DNA of 64,000 nt, from NCBI GenBank assembly GCA_034780895.1, contig JAUZTB010000062.1:15173795-15237794 (forward strand), given 5' to 3'. Numbering within the stretch: position 1 is the first letter of the stretch; each line of letters starts with the position of its first letter. Below, one piece after another: positions 40,328 to 50,215 of the stretch. The notes beneath the pieces were generated by a model. The model did no database searches. It saw only the letters and a list, made by a program, of their open reading frames with translations, and was not told the DNA's origin. Source of the DNA: Rhynchobatus australiae (lineage: Eukaryota). The position numbers were made by a program, and so were the translations under genes.

Positions 40328-41659
40328 TACAAATTCCTGAAGTGAACCGACACTTTATCCAAGGGTGGTCTCATTACATCGAAACAATCTCAATTCCTTT
40401 AGTAAGACCGAATTCCTCAACTAAAGCATTGTCCAATATTGTGTGTGTGTTGCTTCATTTCATCTAATGTCGGAGAAACAGGTCGAACCTTTCACTCTTT
40501 TTGAAAGTATAAACTGTGGACTGTAAAGTGTACTGTCGTATTTTAATACAGGTTTAGCTACAAATTAAATAATCAAACCAGCAGCGACAAAGAAGAATCG
40601 GCAAATAGACCATTCCGAAAGGTGCTAATATGAACAAGTTGTATTGCAGATCTTATGTGATGCAACATTATTTGCCATCTACAAACGAGTTACAACTAAT
40701 ATCCATCATTGTCATGTTATCTGTTGGCACGGGAATATATCGGATTTGAACTGTTGTGATTCCCATAATTTCCAAGTGTAACTATATGAACATTATCCAG
40801 AAGTTTATATCATAAATTTATGAAAGGCAAGCATCATTCTTTAAAAACAGGTACCGTTTCTCTTTCATACGCCCCTAGTTTCCCCGACTATGTTTACTGT
40901 TAGATCTGCTGACACTGCAATTTGCCGTGTAATTAATCAGTTAACACAGGTCACGTTATCTCTGAAAGCGCTTTAACTTGACTGCACAATGAGCCGGACC
41001 ATTGGCCGTTATTTGTATCAGATTGCAGAGGAATTTTATCGGTCAAGCGGTGTTATAATACGAGCACTATTAAGTGCTGACACTCTTACAATCTAATTTT
41101 GCCAGTCNNNNNNNNNNNNNNNNNNNNNNNNNNNNNNNNNNNNNNNNNNNNNNNNNNNNNNNNNNNNNNNNNNNNNNNNNNNNNNNNNNNNNNNNNNNNN
41201 NNNNNNNNNNNNNNNNNNNNNNNNNNNNNNNNNNNNNNNNNNNNNNNNNNNNNNNNNNNNNNNNNNNNNNNCCCCCCCACCCCACCAATTCCCAAAGTCT
41301 GATTTGGGGATATCACTTACACAGGCTAAACGTGGATGGCATTAATTAGGAAGAACTATGGTGATTGCGTGCCTTTTAAGATCAGTGCTGCACTGATGCA
41401 AGAGCGTATAGTGGAAGCAGCATTATAGGGATGGATTTGTGGTTAAGGGAATTAAAATATATATTCTATTGCAGTAGCATTACAATAGTTGGAGGGGGTT
41501 AGAGAAGCTCTGCTTTAACAGTGATCAAAATGGTCCAAGGGTTCAACGATAACACCAGTAGTAGTGGAAGCTTCGATGCCCAAGGGCACGTTGCATTGCA
41601 TTTCCATTTGCCAAGCTGCAGAGTTCAATGGCAGCAACAAAATGGATACTGATGGCCAG

Positions 41660-41969
41660 TCACCTCCGCTCGTCACTTCCCAGCCGCAATCTCCGCCCCC
41701 TTGGAGAACAGGCGCCGTGCGGCTCCGCCAATCAGCTGCCCCGGCGGCGTCCGAAACGTCAGCCTGCCTGTCACGGACGCTCCACCCCCCTCCTCCTGGC
41801 AACTGGTCGGTTGCTAGGAGAAGGGGAGGGTTGCTAGGAAGTGGTGCGCGGAGAATGGTCACGACGTCAGCGTGTGGGAGTATTATGGGCTGGCGGTGAG
41901 GCACCAGCTGAAGGGAGGTTCAGGCGTTCTCCTTTCACTGCTGCGCCCGGGAGTCGGCGAGCGGGTATT
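41660..41969 (+). promoter_or_regulatory. CBX8 GC-rich proximal promoter and 5' UTR
   Basis: CpG-dense. GC box CTCCGCCCCC 41691-41700, CCAAT 41728-41732, ETS-like CACTTCC near 41674, RFX-like CCTGGCAAC 41795 and GGTTGCTAGG at 41809 and 41829, CRE-like GACGTCA 41863. Transcription start not determined. Confidence 0.75.
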
Positions 41970-42038
41970 ATGGAGCTGTCTGCTGTGGGGGAGAGGGTGT
42001 TCGCCGCCGAATCTCTCCTCAAGCGACGCATCAGGAAA
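41970..42038 (+). CDS. CBX8: CBX8 coding exon 1 (chromodomain N-terminus, MELSAVGERVFAAESLLKRRIRK)
   Basis: ATG at 41970; 69 nt; donor GT at 42039. Peptide matches the CBX6/CBX8-type chromodomain start. Confidence 0.96.
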
Positions 42039-42151
42039 GTACGTGAGTCTTGGTTGGGTGGGCGGCCTCTCCGCTCGCTCGCTGCCATTTCCAAGCCCGG
42101 GCGGCGTTTAAACGCTATTTCACAGGTTTGTGTGTTTTCTTCCCCTGCCAG

Positions 42152-42195
42152 GGTCGAGTGGAATACCTGGTGAAATGGAAGGGCTGGTCTCCCAA
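42152..42195 (+). CDS. CBX8: CBX8 coding exon 2 (GRVEYLVKWKGWSPK)
   Basis: Pyrimidine tract plus cag acceptor ending 42151; 44 nt; donor gtaagt at 42196. Contains chromodomain core EYLVKWKGW. Confidence 0.96.
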
Positions 42196-42285
42196 GTAAG
42201 TATCAGCATTGCAGTGAATGCAGCTCGCCGAACCGCGCGTTGCAATGAGATGCACCGTCATTTATTTCTTAAATCGCCTTTTAAG

Positions 42286-42351
42286 GTACAGTACGTGGGA
42301 GCCAGAAGAAAATATCCTGGACGCCCGTCTGATATCAGCCTTTGACGAGAG
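42286..42351 (+). CDS. CBX8: CBX8 coding exon 3 ([22 protein letters not shown])
   Basis: Acceptor ttttaag ending 42285; 66 nt; donor gt at 42352; phase continues from exon 2. Contains the [10 protein letters not shown] motif. Confidence 0.95.
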
Positions 42352-42473
42352 GTGAAGGCCTTTGAGTGACATTAAATATAAAGCTCTCTGTAATTAACTC
42401 TGCAATAATTTTATTAGATTTATTTCGACAGCAAATTAGAGCACAGCAGTTAAGTTTTCCTGTTGCCTTGCAG

Positions 42474-42540
42474 GGAACGAGAAAGAGAAATGTATGGGCC
42501 AAAGAAACGTGGACCCAAACCTAAAACGTTCCTGCTAAAG
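42474..42540 (+). CDS. CBX8: CBX8 coding exon 4 ([24 protein letters not shown]-hook-like motif)
   Basis: Acceptor ttgcag ending 42473; 67 nt; donor gt at 42541; restores phase 0. Confidence 0.95.
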
Positions 42541-42641
42541 GTGAATAGGTTTCTCTTTAATGCTTCAAAATGTGGTGGTTTTGTTTTTGAGTTAAATTCT
42601 TTATTTTTTTTGTTCTATTCAAATGATTGTGTTTTCTGCAG

Positions 42642-43529
42642 GCGAAAGCGAAGACGTACGCCTTCCGCAGTGATGTGGCGAGGAGTCTGAGGATGACCTA
42701 CCCAAGCAGATCTGGTCAAGAATCCGGCTTTTCCTCCACCAGATCCAGAGAAGGACTTAGGAGAGATCCCGCCGCGACTTTGCAGCACAACACTCTTCCC
42801 AGGGGAGAAACTTCTTCTAAAGACAAGAATACCAGAGTCGAGGAGATTCCCAGAACTCACCAGAAAACGGAGTCCCACAAACACAGAGGAGGAGAGAGTG
42901 GTTCCAGGAAAAAGGGGCCGAGACATAGCAAAGTGGATTACAAGGACAGCCGGGCCTTGCGTGCATGTTCCCCCAAAATGAGTGCACCGAGTGAACTTGA
43001 AGGAGGGATACCGACATATCCCCATTTTAAGCGAAGGAAATCTGAGGAACTTGATTCTGGGAGCGACGAGCTGGAGGAGAAGGTGGAAAGCGGATTCGTG
43101 CACTTGAGTGGGAGACAGGAAGCAAAGCTGGGCGGTGCGGCCAGAACACACCTCAACCGCGCTTCACTGGGTTACAGCGACAATAAATATGCCGCAGACT
43201 CGCACACCCTTCGGACTAAACAGGCCGTGGAAAGTACAGTCTCTAAGAGTGAACCAGGGGTGGATGCCTCTGCACTTAAGAGTAAGCATCTACCCGAGGG
43301 CACGGTGTCGAGGAATAGTGTCTGTGTGACCAGTGATAGGTCTGTTTCAAAGTCTCCCTTGCTGGCCAAGCACCAAGTATCCCGATTTCTGTCAGAACCA
43401 GAAGAGTCTTGGAGCCCCTCACTGAACAATTTGGAGAAGGTGGTGGTCACGGATGTCACGTCAAACTTTCTGACTGTTACCATCAAAGAAAGCAGCACAG
43501 ATGAAGGGTTCTTCAAAGAAAAAGTTTAA
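42642..43529 (+). CDS. CBX8: CBX8 coding exon 5 (linker and C-terminal Pc box); spliced CDS 1134 nt, 377 aa
   Basis: Acceptor ttttctgcag ending 42641; open to TAA at 43527-43529. [11 protein letters not shown] and [39 protein letters not shown] match the CBX8 type rather than CBX6/CBX7. Confidence 0.95.
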   Translation, partial: AKAKTYAFRSDVARSLRMTYPSRSGQESGFSSTRSREGLRRDPAATLQHNTLPRGETSSKDKNTRVEEIPRTHQKTESHKHRGGESGSRKKGPRHSKVDYKDSRALRACSPKMSAPSELEGGIPTYPHFKRRKSEELDSGSDELEEKVESGFVHLSGRQEAKLGGAARTHLNRASLGYSDNKYAADSHTLRTKQAVESTVSKSEPGVDASALKSKHLPEGTVSRNSVCVTSDRSVSKSPLLAKHQVSRFLSEPEESWSPSLNNLEKVVVTDVTSNFLTVTIKESSTDEGFFKEKV

Positions 43530-45064
43530 AAACTTGTTGACTGTTTTATCAGTCACAATGTCACTGAATTGTGGGGAAAATACTTTTTTTTTTGGAATGG
43601 GTTGTATATAGTTTCCTTTTTAGCAGATAAAGCTAATCTTGGATGTTTAAAAACGAAGTGCCGTTTTCTTGGGCCTGTGTTGTAGGCTGTATTTCAGTTG
43701 CAGTAATATAAAACTTTTTATTAAACGCTTAAAGAGGCTAAAGTCAAATAGTCAATGTTTGACGCTTGATTTTGCCCGAAGTTGTGTGAGATTTGTTTTG
43801 GAGGGGGCGGGGTGAGGGGGTGCGGTGTTTGCGAACTGATTGGGGAGGACCAATCGCCCACCTGAGCAAGCTGCCAATCAACATCAACCGCCGACGTAGA
43901 GGGAGCATTTCTCTTCATTTGGGCCACTTCAATTGTGAATCTGATCGGATTTAGAGGATGTTGTCCCCCGCATGAACTATTTTCTGGCTCAAGTTGTAAG
44001 ATAGCAGCACATGATTTCGGAATTGACTGCAAGTGACTAAAATTGGCTTCTTTGGGGTTCTTTGGATACCTTTTTTATTACTAGGGTTCAAATTAGCAAG
44101 AATTTTTCTTGATCGAAATGCAATGTTTAACACACAATGCTGCTGATTGCACTTTTTATTTCTTTAAACTATTATCAAATGTTATTGAGTGAAGTGTTGA
44201 GGGGAGATGCTGTGTTCCAACTTTTAAGTGAAGCATAGGATAATATTCCCTGGTGCACATAGGAATCCGTTTGTGATACAGAAGCGTCGCACGTATTTAG
44301 AAAGTTAAGAAAAATATTTTCCAGTCACCTTCGCCCAACTCTTTCGTTACTTCAAAGTTTTAACTTGTGGGAAATGCTCTCCCTTTGCCGTAGGGTGCAA
44401 TCTCTTTTGGGTGGAACACCATTCAAGCATAGGTTTACATAGGTGTGTGTGTATATCCAACATTTGGCACGATACATAGCAAATGCTTCGTACTATTATC
44501 CTGTCTGTGAGAGGCATGGCTGTACTTCGATAAATAGCCAGAGAATTTGCTTATGTCATCAAATAATTGTTAATTTGTTTCCTTAACCCTCCATCCCCCA
44601 CCTTTAAGCCAATCAGTAACCATCTCATTCGACTAGTGCTCTTTGATGGGGAGACTGTTTTAGATTATTGCAGAAGATTTGATTTTACAATTCAAAAGCA
44701 GATGTGGCTAAATGGACGTTGGCATATATTTATTGTATTCCATTAAGAAGTGAGATCACTGGTTTATTTTAAGTAAGGAAGTCGGAACAAAGGAAACAAC
44801 AGTCAAATTAATTCCTTAGGGGCAATCTATTTATCATCATGCCCTAGTGTCGTCATCCCATGACTGGTGCTTTACAGGGATTAACCTGCAGTGACTGTAG
44901 ATTGTTTTTTAAATGTTACAATCATTATTTTTCCAACGATGTAGAAAAAGGTAACATTAAGAAAGTGTCCTTGTCTCCTGTCCTTAGAAGTTTTGCACTT
45001 CAACTGTACCTGGAGCCATTCAGTTTGTAATTTGACTCTCCTAAACTCGCTCCTTGTAAAGGTG

Positions 45065-45194
45065 GACACAAGGGCTTCTGCAGATGCTGGAATCTGGAGA
45101 AACACGCACAAAGTGCTGGAGGAGCTCAGCAGGTCAGGCAGCATCTATGGAGGGAAATAAACAGTCGGCGTTTGGGGTCGAGACCCTTCATCAG
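45065..45194 (-). mobile_element. Single Penelope-type terminal-repeat arm with degenerate hammerhead core
   Basis: Minus strand from 45194: CTGATGA-A-GGGTC-TC-GACCC-CAAA-CG-CC-GACTG, then gatgctgcctgacctgctgag...ccagca. Confidence 0.7.
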
Positions 45195-48100
45195 TAAAGG
45201 TGTGTGCGCGCACGCTGCAACAGTAACAGTCCGGTTCTAATTTGAAAACAGATCGCAGCAAGCCAATCCAATTCTTCCACCGGTTCCCACTGCAACAACA
45301 TTGCTGTCTTTGGACTGGATCCAAAAGCAGCCTGAACCGGATGTTCAGCGTGTGGGTCGGCAGGACGTCTCAGGGTTGAGTGGTGGAAACCCAAAGGGGG
45401 GAAATCTGGTCCATTGTCGAAATGCAAACTTTATTTAAACTCTAGATGTTCATTTTGTTTACACTATATACTAATTTTGCCAACGAGTTTCGTGACCTTT
45501 TTATAGAAAGGTAATCTAGTCACTTTGAAGGGAAAAAAAAACAATGTACACTTGGGTGTTTTATCATTTAAATCACCTAGCTAGGAATAATTCTTCCGAA
45601 GTATGGCATCGATATCCAATTATTTAGGTGATAGAAATCGTTAAGGGGTTATTCGTGGCTTTGGGTCAGTCTCCACAAGCTTCAAGAATTTACATGAAGA
45701 ATGTTAACTCGTGTTAAACGCACCAAAACCCTACCACATGTGTCTATTCCTTAAGACTGCCCGCTGAGGTCCAGGCCCAGCCCAGAGGGAATTATGCTTG
45801 ATTAAAATATAAACACTTGCCACAATTTACCAAAGGAAAAGCCCTAATTCAAAGAATGGAATTAGACTTACGGAATCAGGTGGATGGTATTTGAAATGAA
45901 TGTTTGCTATTTGTACAGCTTTGGCGAATTATCAAAGGACACCGCTGCTTGCCTTTGGAAGTGCAGTAATTTAAAATGCCGGTGGGCACTTGCATATCGT
46001 CGCGACATACAGGATGTTTTACATTTGAAATTAGTTTGACGTGGACTTAATGTACTCTCAATTGGACATTGAATGTCATGGACTATTAAAACTTGAAGAC
46101 GCCGAGCCTGTTGCTGAATGTAATGTAAATTAGTTTGTGCAGGCCGTGCTAATGGGGCTCTCAGACGTTGTAGACATTGTACAATATCCAGAACGATGTT
46201 TTGTTCAAATGAACGTTGCCATTAAGGTCTTGGGGAAACTTTGTAGATTTGCCCTAGGAAGTGGGGANNNNNNNNNNNNNNNNNNNNNNNNNNNNNNNNN
46301 NNNNNNNNNNNNNNNNNNNNNNNNNNNNNNNNNNNNNNNNNNNNNNNNNNNNNNNNNNNNNNNNNNNCCCTAGGAAGTGGGGAATAAAAACGTACAGGTA
46401 GTGCTTTAAAGCGTTCTTTGAGCCAGACAGTTGGCATTTCTGAACGTAATCCTATATTAAAGAAAACATGATTAACTCTCAACCTCGTTATTACTCATCC
46501 GCAAAATTCATGTAATTTTCTGTAAATATTATGCAGATGTCAAACATTTCGTTTAGAATACAAAAAAGAATGTATGGGATTATAACTATTAAATATTTTA
46601 TGTATTCTGTATAATGGACAGCGTTTAATACATTGCACTTAAAACTATTGTTTCGATATTTGACTATAAATGTACTTTGTGAAAGATTAAAGTAACTGTT
46701 TTAAAGACGTTTAGAACATTTGCACTCTGTCTCCACAGATATGACAGTATATTCAAGTAAAGGTATACATAAGGTGGGTAATAAATCCGCCTTTAGCACT
46801 ATGCATGGCGATAATATAAAGTCCTGGTCAATAGCTGGTTTTATTTGTGATTGATATAATATTGACTGTCAGTAATAGACGGTTCTTCACTGAAATAGCA
46901 TTTACTTCTAGAGGAAGTATGTACTCCTTTATCATAGCGAAGCCCGGAGCTTCACAGCAATAGTTTGCTGTTTGGTATCATCCACAAACTCCTCTTTTCC
47001 AATGTCGTCTGGATTCAACATTTTACAAAACCTCAACTTTCACATAAAGTTTCCGATCACTAATTGTGATTTAAAAGTGCGTCGTTATGTTTTAACTGTG
47101 CTTAAAAAGGTTAATGGCATATTGCCATTGATCGTTTATCTTCAATAATGCAAGACAAGGGATAATGTATTTGGCCTGCAGACACCAACAAACTCTAAAC
47201 GACACTGACTGCAGTGGTGGTGTGGTGGGAAAAGTGTTGGCTCTATATCCAATCCCTAGAACTGGTCTGTACCTGAAAGCATAATTGAGAGTTAAGATCT
47301 CAAAAATAGTTTCAGAACACGGTTATTGAGAATGTCTGACAAGGTTGAAAATGCCTTGGTTCTATTCTATTAGAGGTAACGTTGGCTTCAAAGAAACTCA
47401 ATTTCTGGTCGTAGAAGAAATTTCTAGTTGTCAGAGAGAAAAAAAATCTCATAGATCCATTCCTCACAATCAGTAAAGCATCGTCTGAAGCTCCTGTCTG
47501 ATGGCACATATCCACCGATCCCATTCCGAGCTTCCTTTCTGGATCAGTGTGGAAAATTATGAAGTGAACACGCACCACGGTCGGACTTTATTTTCTTGTA
47601 CCATCTTCCATATTTTGTGGTTGTGTGTTGTATTTGCCGAATCTATGTAATGACAGCCCCTCTCCTTAACAGCACATTCAACTGACTTGCATGGTAGCCG
47701 AGAAGATGGAAGGGAGTCGATCCAAAATGATCCACGCTATACAACATCGGCAACATTATGGGTAAGGGACATGGGGCTGTGACAGGAAAAGAAGATGAAC
47801 ACAATAAATAGTAAAATAGAAAATTCTTTAACGTGTTTTTCTCCTCACTTTTATGTCGGTTGTGACGAGCAATTTCAGCCATGCTACAATATAAATGATG
47901 TGGGCACGTTCTAAGCATCCCATCTCTTTACTAATGGCATTTAACTACGAAGACTTTGAAATGACATCCTTAGCTACGAGTGTTTTCTTATAAAGATGGT
48001 GATTTCTCGAATGCTGCCCAGTTAAGCAGGTTGGCAATGATTCACTGATACGTTTTCCACTGTGAAACGAACCTGGTGAATGACGTAAACCACGGTAAAA

Positions 48101-48483
48101 TGTGTGATCGGTTTTATTAATCTATTTTCCTCCACGGAACAAATAATATTTCTTGTTGCTGGTAGCCAACGCCAGCATTTCACTTCTTCCCACTAATCGG
48201 GACGGTATTAGGAGCTACCCAGTTCTGAATTCTTTTTACCACGGAAGCTCGTCTCGGATCATCAAGGAACCGGGCACTTCGTGTGCAGTGAGTCCTTATC
48301 TAATCGTTGGGACGAAACCGTTCGTTTCATGTTCGAGACTTGTATGTGAAACAGAACAGAATGAATTAGAGCGAGGCACGTTCTTATCCTCCACCTGGAT
48401 TAGATTCCAAATCAGATCCTCGAATCAACCGTAACAGTCAAATCTTCAATCTTCTCCCTCTCGAACAGTCCTTCCTTCGGTTC

Positions 48484-48838
48484 TGAGATGACTGAAGGGG
48501 CCAGTAGGGTACACGAACACCCTGCCACACGGGATCGAGTTGCTGGATGGCGAGGTATATGCTTTGAGAGATGCTGGGCTCCTTCTGCTATTTACACTGG
48601 GTTTCTGTATGCCCCAGGCCAATGGACGCATGGATATCTATGTCATCCTGAATGTTCCTTCTCCATTTTGGGAGGTTGTGGGCCAGGATTCCTGCCAGTC
48701 CTTTGGGATGTTACTCTCTTTCAAGAAGGCCTTGAGAATATCTTTGAAGAGTTGTTCTGTCCAACTGGTAATCTCTCGCCACGTGAAGCTTGGAATGGAG
48801 TGCTTGTTTTGGGGAGTCTGGTATTCTTCATGTTTCAC
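48484..48838 (-). mobile_element. RTE LINE C-terminal fragment
   Basis: Minus peptide FKDILKAFLKESNIPKDWQES; homologous to 13830-14100. Confidence 0.65.
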
Positions 48839-50081
48839 TGATAGTTATGAAACCAGAAAAGCCAAGGAAGTAACACAAAGGGAGAGCTGCCAATTTCAAA
48901 AACCGAAATCCAGCCAACTGGATTCTCGACAATTATGTTTAGGGATAAACGGTCAGCATTTTCAACATCTAGAATAGAATAACCTAGAGAATGGTTCTTT
49001 TTCCCCCTTAGCTCCAAGACTTAAACATCAGAATGCTCTACTTGCTGCACCAACTGCTTCATTAGTTTGGACTGTAAATCATTCAATATCCTTTCACTCC
49101 AATTCATGTCTATTGAATGGAAACCTGAATAGTTAGAACAGTGAGGAACATNNNNNNNNNNNNNNNNNNNNNNNNNNNNNNNNNNNNNNNNNNNNNNNNN
49201 NNNNNNNNNNNNNNNNNNNNNNNNNNNNNNNNNNNNNNNNNNNNNNNNNNNACATTGGACCTAATCAATCAAATGTTCAGGGTAGTGTTCAAAATATTTT
49301 AAATGGACCTATTAAGGTGATAATACTAATGAAGAATTCAACAGTGGTTACTTATCCTGCATAACTATTTTCATGTTTTTTTTAATGAAGATAAAAATAT
49401 TAATTCATAATAGACCACATTTTAATGTTACAACCATCTTAGGCTTCTTTCCAGGGCTGTGCGTATGTACTTAAGTTTGAATGCGTTTGAGGAGGCACNN
49501 NNNNNNNNAACATACTATACACATCCGATATATGCACATCACCTTTGCTGGTCCCCAAACTGCACTCTACCACAGAATGTGCAAACACTGGTCCCTTCAA
49601 ATAGCTAAAAATACTTACAAACTTTACATGTTTACGCTGGTGCAACATAGTTATTTATAGCATTTCTGCTCTCCAGTTGTCTTTCTTGCTTTGCCCCTAT
49701 TGTATGTGGGCTGGGTTTGGCTTTGAAGTAACTGTAAGGCAAACAACATTCATCACATTACATGTAGAAACAGGTCGATTAAACACAGAAATCCTGATGT
49801 TTCTGCTGGAAATGCCCACTGTTCCAAGGATGAATGTATCTTGTTAATCGTTTCCATTCAAATAAATGGAATGGCATGAAATTGCTTTATGTATGGATTA
49901 AAATAAGTATAAAATATTGCACCTACCCATTGTATTCGTCCTAATGAATGTTAACAACCTCTCCAGCACTGAAAAAAATAACAAGTATGCTATCTGAATA
50001 ACGAAGAACTTAGTGACATTATTTTCGAGAAGAGCATCAGATTTCTGTCTGACATGTTGAATAATTGAACAAAAACAAAGT

Positions 50082-50215
50082 ATTACATTGCTGTTTGTGG
50101 GAGCGCCTGGTCTGCGGATTGGACGATGGCGTTTCCTATATTAGAACCACACTTTTAAAAGACACTTAGGGCCGTCTTGAGGTCGAGAAAGACGACATAA
50201 AATGCAAGTATTTTT
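50082..50215 (+). mobile_element. Deu-SINE/L2-type 3' tail
   Basis: attgctgtttgtgggagc...aaatgcaagt; same tail as 60270-60415. Confidence 0.55.

Noticed and set aside
41515-43516. Overlapping and antisense ORFs around CBX8
   Set aside because: Expected in GC-rich promoter and coding DNA; no recognisable domains.
41970-43529. Alternative identity as CBX6, CBX7, CBX4 or CBX2
   Set aside because: The post-chromodomain KAKTY.FRSD and the Pc-box ending TDEGFFKEK fit CBX8. I found no exons of the usual neighbours CBX4 or CBX2 in the window.
46252-46383. 16-bp direct repeat CCCTAGGAAGTGGGGA
   Set aside because: The copies flank a 100-N gap exactly, so this is most likely an unmerged contig overlap.
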